Numbered from the stretch's first letter, positions 40,901-52,500 are shown. The stretch: 64,000 nucleotides of DNA from Candidatus Hadarchaeota archaeon (GCA_964621445.1 CAZUNO010000007.1:32001-96000); one strand, 5' to 3'. Numbers and translations are program-made. The notes: generated by a model not told the origin, from the letters alone.

Positions 40901-41497
40901 GAGGGGGAAGTCACGGTGCGTATGCCCTCAATTCCAGCCGACTGTAACCAGGATGGTCGGGTGGACGTATTTGACATGGTTCTTGTCGGAAGGGCGCTGG
41001 GATCAGTTGAAGGTCAGGAATCCTACGAGTCATACGTAGACCTTAACGGGGACGGTTCGATCAATGTTTTTGACCTAGTCCTGGTTGGCAAGGACTTCGG
41101 AAAACATGGGGCTTTCTCACAAGATGATGAGTTCGTGATGGAGGTTTTGGCGAATAACGTAACGGATCTGTACCACATCCAGTTCGATCTCAATTACGAT
41201 CCCACCATTCTGGAGTTTGTAAACATTACGGAGGGCACTTTCATGGCCAGCGATGGGGCAAGTACCATCTGGAAATCCCCATCGGTGGATAGCTCACATG
41301 GTGAGATCCTGGGTGCGGGCCTGACCAGAACCGGGGTTTCATTTGGAGCATCAGGATCAGGACCGGTTGCCTCGGTATGCTTCGCGGTCAAGGCACAGGG
41401 AAAGAGCCCTCTATATCCTCAGAATGTGAGGTTGGAGGATTCCAATGGCTACGCCATAGGAGCCGAGGTCCTTCCTCTTGAAATTACAACAAATTAG
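34901..41497 (+). CDS. Large secreted C25 (gingipain-family) cysteine protease with Ig, FG-GAP/PQQ propellers, dockerin and C-terminal cohesin
   Basis: Signal peptide from ATG 34901; VGDLP, PEVFVGRI, CHSS, FACG, LGDP (C25); DxDGDG repeats; duplicated DxNxDGxxxVFD dockerin at ~40940-41100; DLYHIQFDLNYDP..L cohesin to the end. Confidence 0.82.
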   Translation: MRMNPAFVLLMVFVASSPMVMGNDLHPGDIGHVKLLQWAQPPLTNSPMETGISFSVNEFGEYYSSGGGSTVIVFVNSSLLPALEEELRVYALTLTALGYDSVLLNVSGGQAEDIKQIAIDYSAEGYDLAGLVLVGDLPAAWFYHPFDIGGMPAQFPCDLFLMDLDGLWQDTDDDGLYDSHGPGNGDVAPEVFVGRIDASKVPGDQEALLADYLEKVHRYWVGEIDSTGKGLTYTDERWKDSNDIKFSLGYAYDNYEAFWYPSVNRDDYVNDRLPDDSYDFIQLACHSSSVDHSFSIGGSVTNSDVRSAPPRAIFYNLFACGALRFTDYNCIGNSYIMGTDTDSLAVLGSTKSGSMLNMEDFYTQIGAGKSFGAALKKWFENQAPFDEMEVTWFYGMTILGDPTLTPIEPPNLAPVIISEPGEIAARNFMYRYDVNVSNIDDDPLNFSLLISPPGMTINPDTGLISWTPNGTHLDSYQVELCVMDDRGGLDVQRFNLSVVSPPEDYQMQEYAWVKEEDQPVETWGQYNNTGCGVLNLTYRLEKVSLAYVVRSDSSNITATFLTYHNSSHSGQGTGFNQSGHLFPEAHPNWSTTLCPSGTRTIGDHTYQIFITDFDPEGAPGIWQIRINETGPGHGSSWDDPAGNPNVQWMFFRVPILTGALREVRDEYGRVDPFHIDGELPSTRLNATMVLDPPGNTTGTNLAVVKWIDPGGNTIMNRSRPISYRRDSGWITRDIVDLNASSFPPNATNPYTVEIRMGSYLGVQYFHVFSFYQEVWINTTIDVQTAEGQWFDPSGFEVNFTAIMDTSIAENPYQNLNNLSIQMWRGGKFLRTLANVSWNITGYEPLPNGAQRYSWTGSIPSQIIDNEAGFLPEYFGTFHVRTVSRSGLFPGAEECQTFYIDDPVEGYTSLHQASSIPRDVFERNPGKIWANFEFDPIFLRRRQNPNDQYQNSQVNITWFYPNGTAIEPPGLNQTSMTMDGSWPSGQMWSCGSLNMDRHLPLGRYRAVAEAFTDTGYGVEEIVSFQIVESSSELDAEWSFNTSDIFENRTFGSGHQGCQTIWDIDGDGANEVVFGTQRGDSERMWCVDQFGNFEWIYPPLAENGLPGSTSKVSLVDVEGDLMPELCFVDGGTSLHVLSGHGTSIWTWDNPRGAYLSGAPQAYDVDGDGLVEFFMNDDHGYIHRVSHEGVLVWTSFQCGGPNGFHPTIADIDSDDEMEIIWISHDHNLYVAESGNGTEEWRFNAGSTPHSSPVVADVDGDDEYEAVVCTGPPSASVIIVNSNGTEASRWTEPGGKDIGMAQPIGDLDYDGHLDMALMSGSNIYVIDLVTMNTKWEKNVTQWTQDKIIPKGAMEGQETDYLLIVDFDGDGNLEILMLVPFPLVVDAISGNLEAYYWNEHLALNCTQENGGWWGDVDQDGESEWVVELKGKTLSETQLYCLTAGGQYPTKSSWPERDHSALSAVKQREMALSLVSAYSNSLWFPITQRLSCLPLSPIDGATGAVNPVKMVARTGPPHENVTLEFMVDGVLRDQAVTNATGHATVAINASLGLHEWTVISRKPGWEPGISSIWNFSIAAPELTTERERKYGLETGLGELTYGHQRVCDIDQDDGLEVVIPVNGNFGRILCVEGDSGNIRWIYPPLGQDGIPGNISGVPCIGDMDGDGKDEIIFTAVNNSGGNLYSINAGNGSLRWVGPGSAQGTPCLHDFTGNGKADVVCAGQLSMNVFDQAGQRIWSFDTKNKPLGVPNAFDIDEDGIIEILWGDDQGNLICAGSDGNERWRFPFGSCMVHQPIVADFNQDGEYQVLVHSNDRYLYLLSAHGSEIWRSTLGEHLWGVINGTGIHGGGIATGDIDLDGYLEIVTVDLAGNVYAINHDGSLLWRSRVSGITGGSILIGDMTGDGRPDIILGWGCNCDGLQSGSGAVLSGYSGEIQYFYPRGLGGFEPSAGDLDGDGEVEIAGSGRDGPFATLTASAPYKGGHWPWPFKYRTLGNNGIIEKKEPLWELEGEVTVRMPSIPADCNQDGRVDVFDMVLVGRALGSVEGQESYESYVDLNGDGSINVFDLVLVGKDFGKHGAFSQDDEFVMEVLANNVTDLYHIQFDLNYDPTILEFVNITEGTFMASDGASTIWKSPSVDSSHGEILGAGLTRTGVSFGASGSGPVASVCFAVKAQGKSPLYPQNVRLEDSNGYAIGAEVLPLEITTN

Positions 41498-41618
41498 GAG
41501 AAATAGCATGATAATTGGCGCGAGAACTGTGGCCCATTCGGAAAGGGACCATTCAATCACCCCCTGGGTAGATCATGCAACCCCTCTAGGGTGGCAACCA
41601 CATCTCCAACTCCCCAGG

Positions 41619-43478
41619 ATGGGCAAAATGATCTTCGCAATTGCCATTATACTCGTTTGCAGACCCGTAATGGCCACCACTGTATTGGTCAGTTGTCCGG
41701 GCGAGGTGGAGGTAGGATCGATCTTCACCATTGAGGTTGACGTACAGTCCGTGTCGGATCTCTACGGAGCCCAGTTTGATGTCCACTTCAATCCGGATGT
41801 ATTGAGAGCAAAGTCGGCCAGTGAGGGGAATTTCCTGAAGCAGGGAGCAAATGTCTACTGGAATTCTCCCGACATCGATAATGATGCGGGGATCATAGAC
41901 GATGCAGCCGTGGTGAGGACCGGGGTCTCAGAGGGCGTAGATGGCTCAGGGACATTAGCAACCATGGTATTCGAGGCCAAAGCAACCGGTAGTACAACAA
42001 TATCTCTTAATGACGTATCCCTCTCCAATTCCGATGCACAGCCCATAGCCACCACCGTTCAAGGTGCATCGATGACCGTAATCCCCCCACCGGAGCCGCC
42101 TGCTACCCAGATCACGAGTGGGCCAACTGGGGTTATCTCCATCAGGAACGCCACGTTTACCTGGTCAGGATCAGATCCTGACGGGCAGGTAACCTCCTAT
42201 CAATATAGGGTTGATGGGGGCTCCTGGGTAACAACAGTCCAGACCTCAAAGACATTCACCAACCTGACAAAGGGAATGCACTCATTTTCGGTGCGGGCGG
42301 TGGATGATGATGGACTTAAGGATCTATCGCCGCCTGTGAGAAGCTTCGAGGTATACTTCACTTCCAATCCAGAGACCCACCTCCTGAGAGCCACCAATGG
42401 AACGGTAGAGGGTCAAACCGCTTCTTTCCAATGGTACGGGACGGATGCTGATGGTCAAATAAGCCGCTTCCAGTACAGATTGGATAACGGAACCTGGGAA
42501 ACGACTGAAGCGAACTCCATTACCTTCAGCGAGCTAAGTCATGGCAACCACACCTTTGAGATTCGGGCGGTGGATGACGAGGGATTGAAGGACCCTTCTC
42601 CTGCCTTTTTTGAATTTACCCTCATCCCCTACTGGTGGGAGGAGGAGATAGAACGCCTAAATCGGGATGTAGATGAACTTGAGGGTAAAATGAGCGAAAA
42701 ACAAACGCAGTTGGACTCGGCGCGAGCGGAGCTGGCGAACCTGGAAGGCGAAAATGACGACCTCAGGGATCAGATACGGGTTTTGGAGGCCAGTTTGGCC
42801 GATTTGAGCGGAGAAAAGGAGGTCCTTCAGGAGACCTTAAGTCAGCTGGGTTTAGAGAAGAGCCAACTGCTGGTTGAGTTGGAACAGCTTGAGGGAGATA
42901 TCGAGGTTCTGAGGTCAAATATCAGCTCGTTGTCCAACAGTCTTGCCATCACGGAGAGGAACAAGACAGTGCTGGAGGGAGAGATTGCCAGTCTAACCGG
43001 AGAACTTGCCCACACCCAGGAGGAACTAGCAGAGATAAGGAGGGGGCTTAATGCTACCAAGTTTGAGAGAGATAATCTTCAATACCAGGTGGAGATCCTT
43101 GAAAGCCGCAGTGAGGATCTCGAGGCCCAGGTGGAAGCAAAATTTGAACAGATTTCAAAGCTGACCTTAGGGGGAGAGGCCCTCCGATCCAGTAAACAGG
43201 AGGTTGAAAAGAAATACGTGAAGCTACTAGGGGAGAAGGAGTCCCTAACGAACCAAATTTCAAATCTGAAGGAAAGGCTGAGGGGCAATAGATCAAGGGT
43301 CAACGCCCTGGAAAACACCACGAAAAATATGGACTCCGAAATAGATTTGCTGGAGAAGGAGAATCAACGCCTTATCAGAACAACCTGGGTCTTAGGGATA
43401 GTTATTGGATTAATGATTGTTGTCAGTGCCTTTCTCCTATTCATGGTCCTCAGGTTAAGGAAAGGGCCGGGTAGCTGA
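41619..43478 (+). CDS. Membrane-anchored cohesin protein with two Ig-like repeats and a long coiled coil
   Basis: Signal peptide MGKMIFAIAIILV; cohesin DLYGAQFDVHFNPDVL..GSGTLA; PPPEPP linker; two W.G.D.DG..Y/FQYR.D repeats; heptad-rich ~250 aa; C-terminal transmembrane helix with RLRK. Confidence 0.85.
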   Translation: MGKMIFAIAIILVCRPVMATTVLVSCPGEVEVGSIFTIEVDVQSVSDLYGAQFDVHFNPDVLRAKSASEGNFLKQGANVYWNSPDIDNDAGIIDDAAVVRTGVSEGVDGSGTLATMVFEAKATGSTTISLNDVSLSNSDAQPIATTVQGASMTVIPPPEPPATQITSGPTGVISIRNATFTWSGSDPDGQVTSYQYRVDGGSWVTTVQTSKTFTNLTKGMHSFSVRAVDDDGLKDLSPPVRSFEVYFTSNPETHLLRATNGTVEGQTASFQWYGTDADGQISRFQYRLDNGTWETTEANSITFSELSHGNHTFEIRAVDDEGLKDPSPAFFEFTLIPYWWEEEIERLNRDVDELEGKMSEKQTQLDSARAELANLEGENDDLRDQIRVLEASLADLSGEKEVLQETLSQLGLEKSQLLVELEQLEGDIEVLRSNISSLSNSLAITERNKTVLEGEIASLTGELAHTQEELAEIRRGLNATKFERDNLQYQVEILESRSEDLEAQVEAKFEQISKLTLGGEALRSSKQEVEKKYVKLLGEKESLTNQISNLKERLRGNRSRVNALENTTKNMDSEIDLLEKENQRLIRTTWVLGIVIGLMIVVSAFLLFMVLRLRKGPGS

Positions 43479-43514
43479 GGGTGGTTAGGGTTTCCACTTA
43501 TCCATCCCCTGATA

Positions 43515-46500
43515 TCAGGACCTCAGCCCGAAACGTTTGATAATGATAAGCAGGACACCCACAGCTATGACCACTGCCATTGCCAAGAAGACCGATCCAA
43601 AGCCGGATTCTCCGTCCACCTTGAGGGTTACGGACTGGAGTTCGGAATATTCATGACCGTCATATGCCCGTACCAGTATCTGGTGTTCGCCCTCCTTCTG
43701 GTCGGCACTGAAGTCATATGACCAGTTAGCAGTTCCCTGAGCCGGCACCCAATCCCCTCCGTCGATTCTTATCTCGATTATCTGTATGGTGTCCCGGCCG
43801 TCGCGGTCGTCGCAGGTTCCACTGATGGTCGTGTCTCCCTCGATTATTTCCCCATCCTTGGGTGAATCAACGTGCACCCTTGGCGGGTGGTTATTGAACA
43901 CGATGAGGTTCAGAGAGGTGAGGTTTGAGTACTCAGATCCATCGCTGCTTCTTGCTTGGATGTGATGTTCCCCGTTTTCCATCATTGTAGTGTTAAGGGT
44001 GTAGTCCCAATCCTCCTTCCCGGATACAGATATCCAGTCCCTTGAATCGATCCTGATTTGGACCTCGGTGATGGATCCGTCCGTGTCCTCGGATTTTCCT
44101 CTCAGCCGAATGGTCCCCTGGATCTCGGTACCTTCAGGCGGATGGCTGAAATGGACCCGCGGTGCCTGATTGGGAGCTGGCTCCACGGTTATCTCCATTA
44201 CTTGACTCCATTCGCTTCTTGCTCCCTGGTCATCCTCGGCCATGGACCTGAGTGCATATGTACCTTCATCCACCCAGGTGTGCGAAATGGTTGTGGCCTT
44301 ATCAGGCTCCGAGAAGTCGGTCCAGAGGTCAACCTCATGGTCGTTATCCGTATCAATCCCGTATCTGACCTTGTCATCGTTGGCATCGGCTGAGGAAAGG
44401 CTCATGGTTATTGATTCCTTCACCGTGATCTTCTGGGGTGCGGACATCGATGGGGAGCTGGGGGCAGAGTTTTCCCGGGTTGTGAAGGATACATCCCCAA
44501 CTCTCGAGGTGGATTTTCCATCATCCACAACTACATAGAAGGTGTAGGTAGCCCCGTTTTCCAATCCTGACCATTTCACAGTTGCACCGTCCCCGGGGAG
44601 TACCCCGGCTACCGAATCTATGACGGAATCATCAAAGGAATCAAAGAACTTGACATCAACCGGCTCCTCATCCTGGTCCTGGACCCGGGCCGACAGGGCC
44701 ACGTTTTCGGCGGTGTCCAGCGTATGGTTTGAGGGCTGGAGGGCTATGATTATAGGTGGGTGATTCAGGATCTTGGTAACCGATCCCTGAAGCCTTTCGG
44801 GAGTGCTGGACAGTGACTTGATCTCATCCTCATCCCTTAGCTCCAGCTCGGTATTTCCTAGGGCCACACCAAACCTGGGAGCGAATTCAATATCCAGCTT
44901 TCTCTCTCCATCAACCAGATCCAAATACCAGCCGGACTTCTCGACGTGTGAGGTTAGAAAGCCGTCCTTTATCGAGATCTCGGCCACAGTTCTCACATCA
45001 TCGGGGTTGGCGTTTAGTTTTCCCGAGGCCCAAATCTCTATGGTGCTCCCCAGGGGTTCTACTTCCAGGTGGTCTATACCTAGGAAGTATCCGGATACCA
45101 TCTGTCGTCCCGCGCCAGGCTTTCTGAGCGCCGAGGCCGCCTGGAGCATGTGAGAGGGTTGCGGGGTTATGACCATGGAGACGTTTCCCTCCATGACCTG
45201 GCCGTGCCTCTGGCCGGAAAGCCTGGTGGTCATCTCCTTTACTCCCTCCAGGGGTATCTGCAAGTCCTCCGCAGGTACACGGTAATCACCGGATATCTCG
45301 ACAAGATCATTGTCCAGGATGTTTAGGTCAATTGACCCCGATCCCCCTTGGGATGAACCGTATAGACCTCCAAACAGGTTGGTATCCCGTCTCTCAAACT
45401 CGGTGGTAAATGTACCGGGCGGGTCAATTATGTTTATGATGGTCTCGTCGTATCCGGAGGCAGCGATGTTGTTAAAGGTCCACTTGCCCATATCAATGAA
45501 GGTCTGGGCAGCTTCGATTACCGCCCCTGCCTGCTTGGCCTGGGTGGATGTCAGCTTGTCTTCCTGTTCCAGGTAATCCAGCAGGTCGTCCGAGAAGTCG
45601 GAGAAGGCCTGTTCGGCCTCCGGTCCAGGTTCCATCATCTTGTTGTATATACCGGTCATGCCCATGCTACCGGCCATGGCCTTCATGACCTCGCGCCCGA
45701 AGGCCTCCTTGAGCCCGTCTATCTCCCACACGGCATTGATGAAGGTATCGATGGTGGAGGGTCCCACGTCTCCCGACCCCAGGTCCTGGAAATACTGTCT
45801 ATCCAGCCCGCTATCGGCCAGGTCCTGCCCGTCGATGGTAATCCCGTTTATGGTCACCACTGGGGGGACCCCTTGTTCCATGGATTCGTATGCGTTCATA
45901 ACCTGCAGAAGGGTCTCGGTCATTGCCATAACGGTGTCGGAGAATGGGACAGATACGGCGCCGCCCGTGGTCTCCGCCAATATGATATTGACCACGGCCT
46001 CCAAAGCCATCATCCCTAGCTTGAGTTCGTTTGCCCAAAGGCTCCACTTCACCCCAAACTCCACCGTCATTTGAGGTATGGTGACGTTGGGTTTTAGGGC
46101 GTTCTCGCAGAAGGCGTTGAAGCCATATTCCGGTGGGATGGTGTGGTACCACTTATACCCCTCGGGTGAGCTGTCGTAGTAGCTGTCCAGCCTGTACTCG
46201 AAGAAAACATCCCCATTTAGATTCTCCACCCTCAGTTGGACCGATCCCTCCTCGATATCCACGGACCTTACCTTAACCTTGACGTCCCCCTCCTTGAGCG
46301 TTGCCTGGCTGGGTGAAAAGGTCTTGTTTAGCGCTTCCACTTCGAAGCTGTCGGTGTTTATGGTACGCGCATAGTATCGATATGGCCTGGAATCCCCGGG
46401 AATGTTGTAGGTCAGTAATAACGAGGCCTGTACATCCCCGCTATAGTTGACGGGTGGGATATTGTAGGAATTGTCTAGCCACCACTCGGACAGGATAGCA

Positions 46501-49500
46501 TCGATGGACTTGGTAAGGTATGTTCCTCTGGGTGTAGAGGTCTCTGGTACCTGGTCACTGTCCTGCGGGTATAGCTCACCGAAAATCCTGTATCCACTTT
46601 CATTCCAGATTTGGGGCTCAAAATACAAGGGAAATTCGTCATAGGAGTTCGGGAATCTATCAGTTCCAAAAGCCGATAGGTCGCTCATGGGTGTGAGAGT
46701 TTTACCATGTGAGATATAATCCTGCTGATAATCCTGATCATCCCGCGGACGGTATTGCAATGAGTTGCAGAAGATCTTCTGGGAGTAGAGGAATCTCTCT
46801 ATATCGGCTGGTTCATCTCCGATATTTATGAAATCGAGGTTGTAGTGGTAACTCTCCGCCGCCTCCAGCACGTTGTCCCCATCGCCATCATAGGGGCGGT
46901 TCGGGTCGCTGGTGATCTTTTCCAAAATAAATACATCGTGGGACCCGGGCACCATCTTGAATATGGGGCCCAATCTGAACTCGATGGAGGAGTTGAGGGA
47001 TTCGGCCAGCGTGTAGCTGGGATAGTTCTGGACCCTGACCTCGATGGGCAGTTTCTTATCATCCGGGAAGACGGAGGGATCCTGGGGCTTCCAGCCGGTA
47101 GAGAGGTCGAATTCGGTCAGTATGATATGGAAGGTGTAGTTAGCCTCCTCGCCCTGGTCGAGATGTACAATTCTCACCGGATCCCTGGTGACTTGTTCCA
47201 GATAGGAGGGAAGGTCGACCTCGATTCGGCCAAAGCCGGACTTGGTGCCGTTATTCTTCACTCTTATGCCCAGGATGGATCCTCGTTCGGATTCGGGGTA
47301 AACCTGGGAATAAGATATTTCTGGACCATTTGGCTTACGTATCCTGCGCCAGGAGTATATTCTTTCCGCGAATGTGGAGGTCACGTTAATGATTTTCAAG
47401 TCCACGTGCTTTACATTGACCTGTACATAACCCAGCGCGTGTTGACCTATATCGTTCTCGACCTCGTATAAAAGGTCATAGACGCTGTCATTTAGCGCCC
47501 ATACAGATGCCGCTATGGCCTTATCTACATGGGAGGTGGACATGGTTGAGTTGTATATCTCGTAATTCCCGTTCATCCTCCTATCCACCATGAACAGACG
47601 TTCATGTACCAAGGGCCGGGAGGAGTTGGCCTTGACGTGAACGGTCACCAGATCGCCTATATTCCTGTTAACCCCGTACTGGGTGGACTCGACCTTGTGT
47701 ATCATGGCAGAGAGCATCGGTGATCCCCAGTCCAGGGTATCGTTTTGGGCCAGGGATGAATCCGTCATCTGTAGGTTCCCTGTGGTGTTGAGCCTCTCCC
47801 TTCCCGAGTATATCGACTCGAGGGTGACGTATTCCGATGAGGAGTCGGAGTAGACCGCTATATCTCTTCCCCTATTGCCATAGATGGCATTATGGGATAG
47901 ATATCCTGGGGTGGGGGACTCGAACATGACGGAGATATTGTTTTCATAGAGACGGTTCTGGGATATATCATGGTTGTCCCCAAATGACATCAACTTGATC
48001 CCGTATGAACCCCCGTCGTATATCGTGTTTCTACGGATATGGATTTCCTCCTCTCCAGTGAGACCGGGGCAGTCAATAAAGACACCCTTTGCGGAACTCG
48101 ATGATATCACATTGTTCTCGAAATCTCCATGGGAGTCAAGTATCTCGACCGAGCCATGATTTGACCTGAACTGGTTTCCCCTGGCCTGGAATTGGGAGTC
48201 CTCCAGGAGCAGGCCCGCCCTGCCGTTATCGACCATGGTATTGTTGAAGATGGTGGCATTTTGACACTGGGAGATCCAGAGACCGGTCCCGGCCGTATGC
48301 CAGGTCCAGAAATAGGATATGAAATCCAGGAATCGGTTGGAGGCCAGATAATTGCCGGTGATTGAGACATGGTCACATGAAGTGAATTTGATTCCATTCT
48401 GGTTTTCCGATATTCTGTTATCCCGCAGGATGGTGTTTGATGAACCAATGAAAAGTCCACCCAATTCGTTGGCGGAGAAGTTGTTCTGGGTTACCAGGCA
48501 TTCTGGTGAGTTCTCAATTTTCATGCCTTCGACGTTGTCATATACATTATTGGATTCTACAAGTGTCTGTGGCGAGTCAATCAGGTGGAGTCCATGGTAG
48601 TTATCATCGAGGAAATTACCAGTGATGTTGGTCTGTGGACATGAAGACTGGCTTAGACCCATATGGTTATCCTGGAAAGTGTTGTTGGACACCGTGCAGG
48701 ACCCGCAGTCCGCCAACAGCAAGCCACGACCCGGTGATAATTCAACCTGATTTTCGAATATCTCCATGGTCGAGCAATTTGTAATCTGGATATTTTCCTG
48801 GTTTTCACTTATCGTGTTATTGAGGAGCTGTATCGAGGAGGAAAAATCGCAGCGGATGCCCATGTGGTTGCCCGCGATATTCCCTTCCATAACCTTAATT
48901 TCCTTGGAGTCATCGATGGCCAGGCCAACGTGGTTGTCATCGATATTCATGTTTTCCAGCTTACCATTCTCCACGTTATCCAGATATACCCCGTAACAGA
49001 GGTTGTCCCTTCCTCTTGATATGGAACAATCCCTGATCGTGAAGTGGGCAGTGGTGTTTTCGATCCATATCCCGTGGCTGGTTGAGGCGTCTATGTCCAG
49101 GTTCTCAATGAGGTAGGGGTCGGAGGCGGTGCCGCTTCCGGCCATTACCTTTTTCTCGGGCGTGAAGTCGTCATCGCCGATTATGTGAATGGTCTGTATA
49201 TCCAACAGCGGATGTGCATCGCCATGGAATGGAGTATCTCCCAGCTTGTCCCCATCTAGATCGGCACCCGTGTAGTCGGACCAGTAGTTACCTGCCATCC
49301 AGGGACCACCGATGATGTTCCTTCCCGGGGTCTTCGTTATGTTCCATTCATTTGATGAGATATCTCCGAACACGTTGTAGGTGTACCCGTCGTACCAGTA
49401 ATTGTCGAGGTAGTTGTTGTAGAATAGGTTGGATTGAGAGTTTGTGAGCCGGATGCCGAAGCCATTATTTCTAAAGTAATTGGTGTAAACCTGGTTACCG

Positions 49501-52500
49501 ACGCTGGAATCAAGAACCAGGGCGTTCTCCTGAGGTTGTTCATCCGGGCAGGAGAATAGGTTGTATGTAATGTGGTTTTCATCACTATTTTTGATCCGCA
49601 TCCCCGTAGACGGGTTGGAGACTACCGTGTTGTTAAGAAGTCCGTTTGAGTGCGAGCCCTGGCCAAGACTAATTCCAACTCCACCGTTGAAGGTTGCAGT
49701 GTTGTTGAAAAGCTCGTTCATTTGGGAGTTTTGAAGCTCGATTCCCCGTGCTCCGTGTTCATAGGTCCAGGTATTTCCAACTAGCATAATCCGGGTGAAG
49801 TCGTTTTTGGTCACCAGGTTTGATTTCAAGCTATTTTGGGATGATGAGTGGAGATAGATGCCTGCGCTGCTGGCTTGTCCAGAGTTGAATGATGCATTGT
49901 TGGTGGCGAGCACGTTTTGGGAGGACGAATAGAGGCATATTCCGTATTGGTTGCTCAGATATGCATTATTCCCGGTGATCCGGTTGTTGTTCGACGAGAC
50001 TAGCTTGAGCCCGTTAACGTTACCTGCAAGATCGTTTTCGCCTATGGTGTTGTCGTGGGAACTCTGGAGCTCGATACCCGATTGATCACAGTTCAGGACC
50101 CGGTTACCTGAAATGGAGTTGGCGTTTGAAGCGTTCAGGTACACAGCTGCCTGGCACCAGGGGCTATTATCCGCGTCTATTTTACAGTGGCTGACCTGGT
50201 TGCCGTTCGCGGATTCAAGATGGATATAGTACCTGCCGACCAGCGAGTGGCTATAGCAATGTTCGATATTTGCATTCTCTACATGGTCGAGCAGTATCGA
50301 TGAGTACTGGGGACTTCCCGAAATGTTACAGCCACGGATGGTCACGTGGGCATCAGTGTTCTCCAGCCATATGGCGTGGGTTTCGGTATTGGGCCACCTA
50401 GTGTCTATCCTGTGTCCCTCGATGCCATAGGGATCATAGGGCTTGCCAGTTCCGTACAGGACTCCGTTTGCAAAGCTGAAATCATCGTTCCCCTGGATAT
50501 GGATGGGATCCGTTCGCGGGGATAGTAGTGGTTTGCTATCATCCCAGGCGTCGCCTGGTATATTGTAGAATTGTGGGGCGTCTCCCCGCCAGTCACCATT
50601 AAGATCAATTCCGGTGTAGTCATTCCAGTAGTTCCCGCCCTTCTTTGGGCCACCAATGATATTGGTCCCGTGATAGGGTGCAGTGTCCGGAACGGCCCAG
50701 TGGTTGGAGTTACCATTCCCCTGCACGTTTTTGACATTGCTCAGGATATTGTCGTAAATCAGGTTGTCGTCCGAGTTAATGACTCTGAGGCCCAGTCGGT
50801 TATCGACTATGTGGTTTCCGTGTATTTCGGATTTGCTCTCCATCAACCTGATGCCTTCCCGGTTATCTCTGATCCTGTTACCGGTTATCAGGCAGTCGGT
50901 AACGCCCTCCAGATATATTGCAGCAGTCCCCTCGGCGGTCGCCCCCCTGATCAGCAGGCCGGATATTTCCACTCCTGGAGCCATTACGTGGAAAACCGGG
51001 AATTGCTGGTGTCGTGCTTCGACCAACACCTCGCCCAGGGAGCAGTCAGGCGATGCCTGGATGCTGATGGATTTCTCAATTATCAGGTCTTCCCGGTATT
51101 TCCCCGGATCCACCAGTATTAGGTGTCCGTTAAGGGTCATTGGGTTCTCGACGGCGTGATGTATGGATGTGTACCGAAGGCTTGTGTTTGCGTTAAGCAC
51201 CGGGCATCTCATCAGCGGGTGCATATCGGCGTTCTTCCCTATCTCATGGGGGTCATCGCCCAGGGTATCCCCATCTATATCCTCACCCTGGTAATCGCTC
51301 CAATAATTACCGCCGATGAAGGACCCTCCCATTATGTTTATACCGGGTTCCTTGGGCCTGAACCAGGTGTTTTCCCCTGCCTCCTGGGCATTAACCAGGT
51401 TGTCCAAGTAGTTATTGAAAATGAGGTTATCCTTCGATTCCACCAGCTTGATGCCCAGTTCATTATCGGTTAGGTTATTTCCCTGGAGAAAATTCGATTG
51501 CGCGGCATGTAGCTCAAACCCGACCTTGGAGCCCGTGATGAAATTATTCGAAATCAGGTTGCCCTGGCCAAACTCCAAAAGGAGGCCGTTCCCACAATCG
51601 ATTAACTCATTCTGGTCGATGGATAGTGCTGTGGAACGCAGGGCCTGGATCCCTTTATTACAATCCAAAATGGAGTTGCCGGATATCAAATGCGGTAGAT
51701 CGGAGTCGGTGACCGAGACCCCTAACCCGTTGTCCTGGAGGGTGGAGTTGAGGATTTCCACGGGGGCTTTCATGGCCTCGGGGATTATTTCGATCCCGGT
51801 TGCATAGCCCGAGATGTTGCAGTCCAGTATTTTGGTTCCCAGTGGCCCTGTAACCACCCCTGTACCGCCCTTTTTCGAGGCGGGATGAATTACTAATCCC
51901 TGGAGGAAGATATCGGGGGCGTTAAGTCTGAGACCAGGTTGCCCGGTGGAGGGCGGGATAATTTGGGGCCTGGAAGATGACGGCCTAATACTAAGGCTCT
52001 TGTGAACCTCTAAGTTCTCCTCGTAGGTCACGGGGGATAGTGCCAGCGTGTGGCCATCCCTGGTACTTGGGTCATCTATCGCCTCCTGTATTGAGAGGTA
52101 TCTATCGTCCGTATCCAGGTTGTGAACGGGATACCTTACCAGGGGTAGGTGATCACCCGGCCAGTAAGGTACTCCAGTGTCACCCAGACCGTCGAAGTCG
52201 AGGTCCAGGCCCTGGTAGTCGGCCCAGAAGTTGCCTCCAAGATATTCCCCTCCCACTATATTTGACCCCTGTGTCTTGGTCGTGTTCCAGTGGTTGGCCC
52301 CGGGGGAGTCGAATCCGAAGGAGCATTCCACATCGTTATCAAAGTAGTTATCGTAGATCAGGTTCCCGGAAGAATAGGGCAGGTGGATGGCTTCGGAGTT
52401 TTGGGAGATGTTGTTACTTGATATGGTCCACCCGGAGGCGTATAGAATGTCGAGGCCAACCGTGTTTTGGGTCATGGTGTTTTCATGGATATGGTTGGCA

